Shown here: piece after piece, positions 13,101 to 24,313 of the stretch
Numbering within the stretch: position 1 is the stretch's first letter
How the letters are laid out: each line of letters opens with the position of its first letter
Assembly: GCA_907165135.1 (NCBI GenBank)
Contig: OU015566.1
Location: 5,642,001-5,706,000, forward strand
DNA from: Oikopleura dioica
Lineage: Eukaryota > Animalia > Chordata
DNA: 64,000 nt
Reading direction: 5' to 3'
The notes under the pieces: model-generated
Told to the model about the DNA's origin: nothing
What the model saw: only the letters and a program-made list of their open reading frames with translations
The model's database searches: none
Program-made: the position numbers and the translations under genes

Positions 13101-14583
13101 ACAGGAATGTCGTCTGTATTGACGACGGAAGTGTAGACAACGCCAAAGCAGCCATTGCCGATTTCCATTTTATTCCCTTTTTGGATCGATGAACTCTGAG
13201 CCCGATTAGATTAGCTTACCTCCGAGCAGCTCGTACTGGATAATATAATGAGCAGGAATGTGATTTTCGAAATCAGCAGGATTGCCAGCCAGCAAGGGTG
13301 CATCTTCCCAACCAGGGCGCATCTTCAGGTCTTGAAATGGGATTTGCTTCAAGCCTCCTTTTTTTGAGAATTTAGACTAAAAACACAATTTATTTTTTGT
13401 AACTGATGAATTTCATGAGTCACGCTAACTTCCCCAAGACGCTAACTTCCCCAGACGCTGACTTCCCCAGACGCTAACTTGCACAACCTTGGGGAAGTTA
13501 GCGTTTTGGGGAAGTTAGCGTCTTGGGCAAGTTAGCGTCTGGGGAAGTTAGCGTCTTGGGCAAGTTAGCGTGACTCGAATTTCATAGACACGAAAGTTTC
13601 GTGACGATTCGTCACTGACGAAACAGTAATCTGAACTCGGCAACTTGTGAAGAAACCTGAGTCAGGCGACCTGTGTCAGGGCTTCTCTCTTCCTGGGCTT
13701 CGTTATTTACCTTGATCAAAATTCCGATTCCAAAAACAACGATCGCCGCCAACACCGCCGCCCCAATAATCCAAGTCGTCGAGCCAAGATCAAGAAGGGA
13801 CATTTTCTTCTCAAACAAGTGAATTTCAAAGACGGTATCTTCTACGCCAAGAGAGTTTTCTAGCGTACAGCTGTATACACTCGGCATGTCGGGATTGATC
13901 GAATGGATGGTTAGGCTTTCGTATTGGTTGTGATAGGAGTAGGAGATTTTCGAAGAAGAGGGTGGTTGGAGATTCAATTGTTCGATGGGGATCCAGGCAT
14001 CATCCTTTCGGAAGAGCCAGCTAGCTTTGGGAAACGGCGCGCAAGTTGGATAACGAACGTTACAGACGAATGTGACAGTAGATTCAATTGGGGCGGTGAA
14101 GTAATTTGGCCGACCGCAGTTCTCCAGCTCATCCCTTCCGCTGAAATTATCCTGGCATTGCTGATGGCTGGCGCAACCGTCGACGCATTCAATGTGCGCC
14201 CGAGGAGAGCTAGATTCTTGCTCGATTTCTAGCGCAACTTGAAAGTGGTCTTCTGCCCCGCAACTTTTCTCCGCTTTGCAGAGAAATGTATCGCCGAAAT
14301 TTCCATCAAACGAGTCAATCACTGGATAGCCATTTTCAAAAGAAAAAAGGGAATTTTCTTCCCGAATTTCGCTTCCATTGGAAAACCAAAACGACAATTC
14401 GACATTCTCGTCAATTTGCCATTTTCGGCAAAGATCGGTCGTTCCAAAATCAATTCGTTCGCCGCAATGTGGCTCTATCGTTTTCTTTCTCCGGACTTTG
14501 GATTCGGAAATAAGCCGGGCTGGTGGAACACAGTCAGGAAAAACGACTGGGAGAAGAAAGAAGAAAATTTGTATTGAATTCAT
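10109..14583 (-). CDS. Receptor tyrosine kinase, FGFR-like/divergent: signal peptide, two Ig domains, TM, split kinase
   Basis: ORF 13612-14583 (signal, Ig-type Cys/W pattern, TM IIGAAVLAAIVVFGIGILI). Kinase exons: GNGCFGVVY, VALK, ELKIM (12960-13170); HQYVIQLLGC...PFLVIEYAE (~11240-11378); HRDLAARN, DFGLS, LPWKWMALE, SDVWAFGV (10540-10830); CW..NPKERQTF, stop 10109-10111. Confidence 0.9.
11870..12580 (+). CDS. Secreted cysteine-rich proprotein with candidate furin site, nested antisense in an RTK intron
   Basis: Three exons over two GT-AG introns: hydrophobic N-terminus, RRGRSYRR, then about 12 Cys (VCYLHK...ICGDH...VCGRGERSCFKC...ECCK...GCSP). It lies between RTK kinase exons at ~12960 and ~11378. 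Confidence 0.7.
13417..13576. mobile_element. 160-bp Mutator-like MITE, 9-bp TSD, in an RTK intron
   Basis: TIR GAGTCACGCTAACTT...AAGTTAGCGTGACTC with internal ~16-17-bp repeats in both orientations. GAATTTCAT at 13408-13416 and 13577-13585. Confidence 0.88.
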
Positions 14584-14845
14584 TATTTCTAGCGCTCGAA
14601 AACCGATTCAGATAATCTCCTGCAGAACGAAGGAATTTTCATTCTAACAAAAACATTTTTAATTTCTTAACTTGTTTGTTTTCTTTGAAAGAATATACAA
14701 AAAAAAAGATAACGGAATAGAAAAACACGGTTGACACTTGACAGGAGATAATTGCAGTGAAAGATTCTAGCAGCTTGATAATTGATTGTTGTTCAGTTTT
14801 GACATTTTGGAAATTTTCAAAGTTCGACTAGGCTTCTTTTTCTTT

Positions 14846-15711
14846 TCAGACCTGGCGTTGAATTTCTTTGAGCAGGCCTTGGCGGACTAGGGGTTCTACA
14901 TTTGCTCGAGGCTAAACGAGATGATCATTTCAGTGTTTTTTCTTCGTTTTCTTATGAACTTACCAAAAAATATCTACTATTCTTCTCAAGCGTAATTCTA
15001 TCGCCATTCTCTAGCTCCACATCGCCGACATCTTCAACGCAAGTGACCTAGAAATCGTTCAATTCCATCTTCATCCCTTCGTATCATACCTCGACATAGA
15101 GCGATTTAGGCGGCGTCTGAATCTGTGTAAAATCCAAATCTCCCGATCCTCGCATCAGTTTCGCAAGAGCGCGGTTGTATTTGTGCGAGTACGTTCTTTC
15201 CGAAGCCGACAAGTTTGAGCGCAAATGATCTGGAATGACGGGGCCTCCTTGCCAGCGAATTTCGCGGATTTTCTCCAAACGTTTCATGTGATACGCGATC
15301 AGGCAGCGCTTGTTTCGCTCAATTCCCGCAGCTCTAAAAATATAGTGATGGTCTGAACTTTGAGCGAAAGTCAAGTGTTCGGCAACCGGCGATGAACCCT
15401 GTCTCAGGTTTTCGTCGGAGGTTGTCAAGTCTAGGACAAGGGGTTCGATTTATTTAAAAATCCTTCTGTATTCATTACCTGAGACAGACATTTGTATATG
15501 TGCTCCTTTCTTTCGGGGTCACATCATTCAAATCCGCCGAGTCCTGAATCAGCTGATTCATCGCCGTCGACGAAATGTCTTCTCTGTTTTTATTCGACAG
15601 GGCAATCGATTCGTCCACAATTTCACGGACAGCTGTATCGTCGTACGCCGGCAACGAGTCCTTCGCTCTTGCCAGGTCGCGAATCAGCTCTGCCGCCAAT
15701 TCACCCGACAT
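14846..15711 (-). CDS. GINS1: DNA replication complex GINS subunit 1 (PSF1)
   Basis: MSGELAAELIRDL...LPAYDDTAVREIVDE; ERNKRCLIAYHMKRLEKIREIRW; PPKSLYVEV...CVEDVGDVELENG...LPRANVEPLVRQGLL. Confidence 0.93.
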
Positions 15712-15815
15712 TTTTTTCTGAAAGAAAAGCTTCGTCAATCGACAGTAGTTGGTGGCAGTCAAGCTTCTTTCTAAGTAGAACGGAACAGTTCTAGTACTGT
15801 AACTGGAGTCGAGAG

Positions 15816-16341
15816 TTACATGTCCATCCACTTTGGTTTCTGTGGAGGGGGTCCGCAAGGGTGGAACATTTTCTTCAGCAGGTTGAACTGAATATGAATT
15901 TAGGCCTTGATGATTCTGAATCTAAGCTGACTCTCATGTGTAGAATCCTGAGTCAGTGTCAGAATTAAAAAAAATGATCGACATCGTAATTCTGGCGAAG
16001 CCGGTTCGCAGCTTCGTTTGTAAAAAAGCGGCTTTCTTTGAGAGTTCTTCCTAGAACCCTGACTAAGTTTATGACACAGGTTTATTCAGATTTTTCTTTA
16101 CCTGAACTCTTGCTCTGGATTCATTTTCGCAAATTGCAATGTGCGAAAGAAGGTCGCCATGGCCGATGTAGCTAGAGAAGACGAAGATTAGTTGATTTAT
16201 CTTTGAAGGATTGAACCTGGCGTAGCTGTCGCGGTGAGTGTGGACCATCCATTCCCACTTGGTGAGATCAGCGTGGCCAGTTCCGTTGTATTTGGACTGG
16301 AGATGCTCCATTTGGGAGAAAATGTTGTAGCGGTCGCCCAT
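15816..16341 (-). CDS. SF3B5: Splicing factor 3B subunit 5
   Basis: MGDRYNIFSQMEHLQSKYNGTGHAD.TKWEW...HRDSYASYIGH.DLL...AICENESRARV, last exon FNLLKKMFHPCGPPP. Confidence 0.96.
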
Positions 16342-16599
16342 TTTCGTAGGGTTGCTTCAATCTGAAAAGAAGAAGAAATTAAGAAAAATCCACGTAGTAG
16401 TTTTTGAGAATATCAAAATTTTCGCCTTTTATGCCAAAAAATTCAGCAAAACCAAAGATGAATAATAAAAATTTTTATAAAGGAAAAAATTTTGATAAAA
16501 ATTTCTCTTTTTGAATGAGTTAAAAATACAACAAAAATTTAGTAAGATGAACTTTCTAGAATTTTTTCGCGTAAACGAAGAGAATAATTTTTCTCCTTC

Positions 16600-16680
16600 G
16601 CTCGGAAAAAATGAGCGCGATTGGCCGCGTAGTTTTGAATTCGCGGCGGTCGCGCAACAATTTTGAAACTGGCTCGATCC
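16600..16680. promoter_or_regulatory. Candidate bidirectional promoter between SF3B5 and PREP
   Basis: GC-rich patch with ATTGG (CCAAT on the minus strand) in an AT-rich ~500-bp head-to-head intergenic region. Positional inference only. Confidence 0.35.
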
Positions 16681-16867
16681 GAGATTAAAATTCTGATTTT
16701 TTGAAAAAGAGATGTTACGAAGATCGTTTTCGCTCGCCAATCGACTGAGATTTCTCGCAGGCAAGGGGTTGCCGCGAAGTTTTTTACTGTTGAATTTTCG
16801 AATTTATTTTGCTGACGTTTTTAGTTTGACTCTTTTTTCTTTTAACGGATCAACCTTTTTAGAGAAA

Positions 16868-19800
16868 ATGAAGTATCCTGCTTTTGAGAAACTGCCAGAT
16901 GTCGAGGACTTTCACGGAGAGAAGATTGCTGATCCTTACAAATGGCTAGAAGAACCTGATAGTGAAAAGACAAAGGTATTTTATTCAGAAGATTTTTTGG
17001 ATTTGATCCTTCTCGAAATTTGCTCTGCATTTTGGACAAGTCTTGGGGTCCAGATTAGACAAGCAATTTTCGCAGAAAGAATGAAAGCAAACAGTTATAC
17101 AAGCTTGTTGATTCTCATCTCTATCGTATGGCTCGAAGCAGATTTCGCAGCACAGAGCCTCGAATGCCTCCCCATCTATAAGTAATAAGGATTGCACCAA
17201 GCTGGTCTTCCTTACCTTCCCCTTTCAAGCTTTCCATTTGAGCAGCAAGAGTGTTAATTTCAGTTTCCAATTTCAACAAAGACTGATCAATAGAAATTTC
17301 CCTGTTCAGAGTTTATTTTTGAGGAAGGAAGTATATTTATAGAAACAACTGAAAACTCTGACTTTGTTGTAGACTTCTTATCTGATTAATGACTTTGAGT
17401 TTTTCTTGATGTTGTTTAATGAATGCTGCCTTCTTATCTAAAAGCTGTTTTTTGATGTCAAGTGGGGTTTTTTCCGACAACTGCTCGTAAATATCTTCTG
17501 TATTTTCATTATTCTCCTTTTCTTCTTTGGCGAATTGTCTTTTGCATCGCTTTCTCAAGTTGTGTCTGTTCATATGTTTGAAAAAGGTTTTAATTGCTAG
17601 TTCTTCATCACATAGCTTGAATGGGCATCCAAATTTGAGCTGTCTATTATCATTATTGATTGGGACATATTCTAGTTCAATGCCCATTGGTTTGCAGTCA
17701 GGGCAGTAGAATAAGTCATCAGATAGTATATTTTCAAACCGCCAAAGATTCACGGCAACGACGCTGAGATATAGGTATTAATCTCTCTACTTGATTTTTC
17801 TTACTTGCATATGTCGCAGCTTTTTACATAAAGTCGGTATTGGGATAGAACGAACGATTCGGGGATCTCTCGTTTCTTTGAATCTATTCTTGCGACTTTT
17901 ACCATTTTTACTTTAAGTTTTGCGCTTCAGAAAAAAACGCTTGCAGACTATATTTGAACTCGTGAGCAATGTCAGCATGTGTGTTTACGAGTGTGTTGTT
18001 TGAATTAGCGCAATAGCCGCAAATCTTTTTAAAAACCCTTAAGGATTTCGTGAACAAGCAGAATGAAATCTTCGACGAGTACCGCAAGACACTCACCAAC
18101 CGTGACCAGCTTCTGTCAAAAATGCGCGAGCACTACAACTACCCAAAATACGGCTGCCCGAAGAAGCACGGCAAATACTACTACTACAGTCACAATCCTG
18201 GTCTTCTTAACCAAAGCATCATCTACCAACTGGACTCGCTCGATGCCGAACCACGAGTTTTCCTCGATCAAAACAAGCTATCAGAGGATGGAACCAGCGC
18301 GATCAGAATGGCAGCCTGGAATGACGATGGTAGCGTTTATGCTTTTGGTCAGTCTGATAAAGGATCCGACTGGGTTACGATCAAATTTAAAACTGCCGAA
18401 GGCGAGTTGTTGAAGGATGAAATCACCAAAGTTAGATATTCCTGTCTTGATTGGACCAAGGTAATTTTTCATTGAGAAACGACCGTTGATTCTGTTCAGG
18501 ACGGCTCTGGAATCTTTTACAACGCCTACCCATCCCAAGAAGGCGTAACAGACGGAACTGAAGTCACCGGAAATGAGAACCAACTCCTCTTCTACCACAA
18601 AATGGGAACTGCTCAATCAGAAGACATCCAAATCGCCGCTTTTCCCGAAGACCCAAAGCTTATGTCGGGCGCTGAAATCTCCGACTGCGGCGAGTACATC
18701 CTCCTCGGTATTCAGTAAGTCCTGATTCTCTCTACTAATCGATATACAGGCATAAGACGCGGCTGCGAACCAACAAACAAGCTATGGATCTACAAAATTC
18801 AAAACGGCGAGATTCCAAGAACAGAAAACGGCATCCTTCCTTATGAAAAAATCATTGATACTTTTGACGCAAAATATGATTATCTGACCAACAACGGGAC
18901 GGTGTTTTTCTTCGCCACGACGAAAGATGCGCCAAGAAAGAAGGTTATTTCGATTGATATTGCGACCAAAGAAACAAAGGAGATTATTCCACAACCAGAA
19001 ACTGCTAAATTTGAGTGCGTAGCACCTGTCAATAAAGGTAAGAAAATGATAATTTTTGGATGCTTCCTCTATGTTTTCAGATTATTTCATCGTTGAATTC
19101 CTCGAAGACGTCAAGTCCGCCATGTACATTTACTCCATGGAAGGCAAGCAGCTCTGCAAAGTCCCCATCGACATCGGAACCATTGGCACAATCTCCTGCA
19201 AAAGAAAACACGCTGAGATCTTTTTCTCCTTCACTTCCTTCCTCAGCCCCGGTCAGATCTTCAAACTCGACATTTCCGACCCCAGCAATGCCAAGACCGA
19301 GCTCTACAGAGAAACAGTCGTTCCTGGGTTCAAATCTGGCGACTTTGTCACTGAACAAGTTTTCTATCAGTCCAAGGATGGAACGAAGATTCCCATGTTT
19401 ATCGTCGCGAAGAAGGGATTTGAAATGAACGGAAAGAATCCTTGCTTGCTTTATGGATACGGTGGCTTTGATATTTCCATCACTCCTTCTTTCAGGTACT
19501 TTCAATGGCCAAATTATATCTATAAATTGTTAGTTCTATCCGCTTGCCATGGCTGAACAACTTCAACGGTCTCTACTGCATCGCCAACATCCGAGGCGGA
19601 GGCGAATATGGAGAAGAGTGGCACTCTGCCGCGATCAAGTCCAAGAAACAAACTTCTTACGACGATTTCCAAGCCGCTGCTGAATACCTAACGGCTCAAC
19701 AATACTCCTCTTCCGACAATATTTGCATCATGGGCGGCTCTAACGGTGGTCTCCTCGTCGGCGCGTGCCTAAACCAGCGACCAGAGCTCTTTAGCGCCGG

Positions 19801-20231
19801 TGTTGCCGCTGTTGGAGTTATGGATCTGCTCAGATTTCATCGATACACGATCGGCCATGCGTGGTGCTCGGACTTTGGCTGCTCTGATGATAAAAAGGAC
19901 TTTGAATATTTGAAGAAGCTCTCGCCAACTCACAACATTCCAAACACCGAAAAGTTCCCAGCTGTTCTCGTCACTACTGCTGATCACGATGACAGAGTCG
20001 TTCCTCACCATTCTCTTAAATATCTTGCGACTCTTCAGGAGACTTGCACTGACACCAACAGAGTCTTGCTCGGTAAGAGTCCTTTTCCATTCGATTTCTA
20101 ACAAAATTTCAGGCCGTATCGATACAAAAGCTGGACATGGCTTCGGAAAATCGACCGAAATGGTCCTTGAAGAGTACAGCGACACTTTTTCCTTCATCGC
20201 CAAAGAAACTGGTGCTGAGTGGAACGAGTAA
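16868..20231 (+). CDS. PREP: Prolyl endopeptidase (S9A)
   Basis: MKYP...EDFHGEKIADPYKWLEEPDSEKTK; LLYGYGGFDISITP; ANIRGGGEYGEEWH; catalytic GGSNGG, TADHDDRV and KAGHGFGK motifs. Confidence 0.96.
16985..17905 (-). CDS. RING-finger protein with N-terminal Zn-finger-like Cys/His clusters and coiled coil, nested antisense in PREP intron 1
   Basis: C-terminal C3HC4 RING CEIC...ACITVCFHSFCENC...CPKC. Upstream CDIC/CPDC/CPFKLC...H...H motifs. It lies between PREP exon 1 (ends ~16976) and exon 2 (~18050). Confidence 0.82.
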
Positions 20232-20441
20232 ACGTTTTTTTCAAAAGTTCAATGGAATTTTACTAGTCTCAATTACATGTAAGAATATCTTTTCAATTTC
20301 AAATAAAGGAAACTCATTCATGATTCTTGAAGAATTGATATTGCGCTCTATATTATGCACAATCAAGCTTTTTTTGTTTATTCGTGTTATGCAGAGCAGT
20401 TTTAAAAAGAAAGACGGACTCCCGGCTCATAGTATTTTTGT

Positions 20442-21061
20442 TCAAGGAGAAAAGCATAGGGGGAAGAATTTTTCACTGGGTTCAAATTTTTTGACTTCTC
20501 TATTTGAAGACATGGCGCAGCATTCGATTTCGGTACAAAAAAAGGCATCTTTAACCAAATGCTAAAAATATATAATTCAGGCCTTTTTGATTCTTTTTAC
20601 ATTTCTAAGAGATTTGAATTCAATCTCAGAGACATTCATATATTTTAAAATTTCTTCATCAGCGACGCGCCACGCTAGGGTATCCATCGATGTAATCCGA
20701 ATTGCGCTTCTTGTTGGACAAGCCTTGTCCATCGTCAACATCATGAAATACCGCGATTGCTAGAAAATCAGAATCAGTCAGTCAGGAATGCCAATCGCGG
20801 TAATTGGATTCGAGGCTAGAGGTAAACAAATACTAGGCAGGCTTTTTCAGTGTTTAAAAACAATCGCTAAGCCTGTCAGAGCAACAACTCGTAAGGCTGT
20901 CGTTGTTAAAAGGAAATAAAACGATTTCTGATTTGGTTTTAAAAAAGTGGTACACTTTTTCTGCTATCGGAAGCCATGCTTGGGCTCGTTCGAACTAAAT
21001 TTCTGCTGATGATTTTTCCGTACCATGCGTACTCTCGTTTCATTGAATGTATAAGTGTCAT
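20442..21061 (-). CDS. 3' part of a C-type-lectin-like gene, paralog of 36460-37559 (possibly incomplete)
   Basis: Reads YFMMLTMDKACP...SMDTLAWRV...ILKYMNVSEIEFKSLRN | HLVKDAFFCTEIECCAMSSN.EVKKF.P.EKFFPLCFSP*, collinear with the same exons at 36460-36780, with synonymous-type differences. Confidence 0.65.
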
Positions 21062-21369
21062 CTTGACAGAAATTGAGAGATAAAGAACTCGCCCCTTTTA
21101 GAAGGACTTTCTGTTCATGGCCCGGGGGTTGTTGGTCGAGTTCAATTCGACCACGTACTCATCACTTCTTGCTTTTAAGAATAACGCACATTACACCTTC
21201 TTTCTATTTGAGAGAAAGAAAAAGAAAGAGAGAAGCCAATGAGTTTCAGGAAATCTTGAAATTTAAGAAATATTAAAATACGGTACTTATTTTAAACCCT
21301 TATCCTATTTTAAATACCTGAGGATTTTCTGTAATTCATCGGAATAGATGTTATTTCAACAAATCAAAG

Positions 21370-23946
21370 ACACCTGCTGTTGCCCCTTGCCGTCATGGCG
21401 AACTGCTATGACGGCAACAACGGTGGCTGCTCGCACTTTTGCAGCGGAGCGGGCACGTGCTCCTGTCCGCCTTGTTGGACGCTTGGTAAGTTTGCTTCGA
21501 TAATCCGAGATACATGAAATGACTTAATAATTCAAGATGCCGCGGGCCAACGCTGTTCCATCGAAGCAGGAAAAGCCACTGTTACCTGTTCTTCAACAGG
21601 AGTGACGATATCGATCGACAAATGTGCCGTGCCCGGCGTGGAAGCCTCGGACATTCATTTGAACGACCCATCTTGCGCTGCAGTTGAAGATGGCGAGACC
21701 CACTGGACGATTGAAAGCTCAACTGTGACTGGCTGCGGCGCCAGCGCTTCATTTGGAAACGACGTTTTCTCGTTTGCCAACGTTCTTCACATTGGCAACA
21801 GTGTTGTAAACAATCTGGTATTTGGAAGAAATGCAGCTGTCGACTTCGTGTGCAATTACAATAGCCAAGTTTCCGCCTCGAGCAACTTTGTTTCCAGGAT
21901 AGGGCTTGAACTAATCTACTCGCCGTAGTCGTTCCGTATCTTTTAAAATGAATTAATTTAATTTTGACTCTTCGAAAGCAACATTGTTTCGTCGGTCTCT
22001 TTCGACGCAGGAGATGTGAATGACAATGCCATCGATTTTCTCTTCACGTTCTCTTTTTACGAAACTGCCGACTACCAAACAACAGTGGATTTTGCCACGA
22101 ACCCAGCTGCTGTAGGGAGCAAACTCTACGGAAAGACCAGTGTCCTTAAACTGCGCATTTTTGTCATTTTTTGCCTAAAAGTCCATTTTTCAAATGCGAT
22201 TTTGAGGGTGAAGGAGTCGAGATAGACCCCAAAAAATGGAGCCTTAAAATCCCTTTTTGACCTCTTGAATCCGTTTCCGAGGTCAAAATTTCGAAATTCC
22301 GATATTCGATTTTTCGAAAAAAGCCGACGAGGGGGGATAGACCCGATTTAAACGGAATGAGGGAACACTGGTCAGATCAACGCCCCCGTGTCGATCCCGG
22401 ACACCGCTTTTGTCGTCCAAAGTTGTTCCGTTTCTGACGATGCGATTGTGGGCTCGAATGCTAATCTCGTCGAGAACAACTGCCCGGTCGACAATGGCCT
22501 CGGGTTTACGTGGGGCGAATCGACTGAAACCGAAGTCAAGTTCGAATTCATGAGCTTTATCTTCCCGGAGAGCTCCGATTCCGCCGCCATGACGCTCACC
22601 TGTGACGTGAGTAATTTTCAATATAATATAATATAATATAATATAATATAATATAATATAATATAATATAATATAATATAATATAATATAATATAATATA
22701 ATATAATATAATATAATATAATATAATATAATATAATATAATATAATATAATATACAGAATCACTTGAAATTTTTCAGATCAATTTCTGTTCTACTGACG
22801 ACACTGATTGCCTAGCTAGCTGTTCTTCTGGTGGAGAACCGGTGAGTAATATCTTTTGATTTTTTCTTCCAAAATTAAGTTTGACAGTATTTGAAATACT
22901 TAAGGGCGATGTGAGTATTCTCGTTCTTGGAGGCGCAAACTTTCCCGATTCATACATCTTCTCCGGCGATGGACTAACGAGAAACTCGCCTTCGATCAGC
23001 GTTCCTCGAAGTGATTACGTGTTTGGAAGCGCTTTCGCAGTTATGCAAGGAGAGATGTATATTTTCGGAGGCATCGAAGACAATCATAAGGTAAAATTTC
23101 TAGTAGGTAAAATATGAGGCTGAAAAAATATCTTAGATCGCGAAAATAGAAAATTGCGCATTTAACGAACTATCAGTTCGACTCCGTTATCGGATAACTG
23201 ATAAATCTGCTGCAATTGACACGGACAACGGAGAGAGAGGTTCCATTTCAGTATTTTTATTTTGTTTTAAACTGATTCAGCGCTTATCTGCTTTGATGTC
23301 GTCGGATGGGATAGCTGTGAAATCTTTGATGGAGTGATCTCGACAGCGACCCATGACCCTGAAGTGCATCATGCTCTTGGTGGTCTTGGCCACTATAATG
23401 GCCAGCCAACTACTGTCGGAGGCGAATACTCGCCTAGCAATTCAAGAGTGGAAACATACTCTGCTTCTGGATGGACAACTTTGCCTTCTATTCCAAGGTA
23501 GATAGTTATTTCTTCCCTTGAGCCTCGAAATCCATACAATTATGTTTTAGAGGCTCTTATCTTCATACACTGACAGGCTTGGAGAGTGGAGCATTGGTAA
23601 AGGCCGGTGGAAGGGATCTGACAACCGGAGGATGGAGCACAGACGTTTGGCTTTTGAAAAACGATGCTTGGACGATTATTGGTTCTCTTAACGAGGTCAG
23701 ACCGGAATAAACTTTTAAATTTGTATCGAGTTTTTTCAGTTCAATTATTGGGGCTCTGCAATCAAAGTCGGAAACTTCATCTACCTCGTCAATGGCGGGG
23801 CGACAGATGCCGATGGGTTGTACCCGGTTGAACGAATCGAAATCGCTAACGATGAAGTAATCCAAACAGAAGTCATCGGCGGGCACGACTTTGCTAGTTC
23901 TAGATATCTACCCATTTTCGAAGTGACAGCTAATTTCTGCGTCTGA
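21370..23946 (+). CDS. Secreted EGF-like + ZP domain + kelch/beta-propeller-like protein (start codon not located)
   Basis: NNGGCSHFC...CSCPPCW (EGF-like). VTCSSTGVTISIDKC...LNDPSC...GCG...VDFVCNY and ZP-C (VQSCSV...NNCPVD...FEFMSFIF...LTCD). Then GEMYIFGG and GQPTTVGG-type Gly-Gly repeats; stop at 23944-23946. Confidence 0.78.
22135..22373. mobile_element. Short-TIR element coextensive with an intron of the ZP gene (introner-like)
   Basis: Perfect 9-bp inverted termini GACCAGTGT...ACACTGGTC. AGA at 22134-22136 and 22374-22376. Coding frame YGK resumes as INAPVSIPD at 22376. Confidence 0.55.
22620..22754. repeat. (AATAT)n microsatellite, ~27 units, intronic
   Basis: Perfect pentamer run between the GTGAGT donor and the TTTCAG acceptor of the ZP gene. 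Confidence 0.97.
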
Positions 23947-24164
23947 AATCCCCGATTCAAATGATTTGAATTTCAAATCATCGATTCAAATGAGTTTTCA
24001 ATTCATTTTCTGCTTTTCCATGTTTTATTCTTTCATGCGTTTATTATTATAATGGGGATTTTAAATGCTATTCACATTTGTGAATTTCATTGATAATCAT
24101 CAATTTTAAAAACTAAAACACCATTTTAGTGTCCCGTAATATTTTGCAATAATTGAATTAAAAT

Positions 24165-24270
24165 TTGTTCGCCAAAATGCTTTCCTTTTTCTTCGAATAT
24201 TTTTGAGCGAATGACACATTCGCGATTTCGTAGCCAGTTTCTTCGCAAAACTTGATAGTTGCTTCAAATA
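24165..24270 (-). pseudogene. Upstream exon fragment of the type II C-type-lectin-like paralog
   Basis: ACATTCGCGATTTCGTAGCCAGTTTCTTCGC matches ~37194-37223. Translates IKFCEETGYEIANVS...KIFEEKGKHF versus IKYCVEAGSEIANVSIARKIFEEEGAHF, with one -1 slip in a T-run. Confidence 0.55.
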
Positions 24271-24313
24271 AAATTCAAACAGAAATTATTCACTTTGTAA
24301 CAAAGTAGGATCA

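Noticed and set aside
13417-13576. Short regularly spaced repeats (also 27690-27750, 41665-41725, 57820-57900) as CRISPR-like arrays
   Set aside because: No unique spacers; the repeats are inverted about element centres, are bounded by TSDs and lie in a eukaryotic context.
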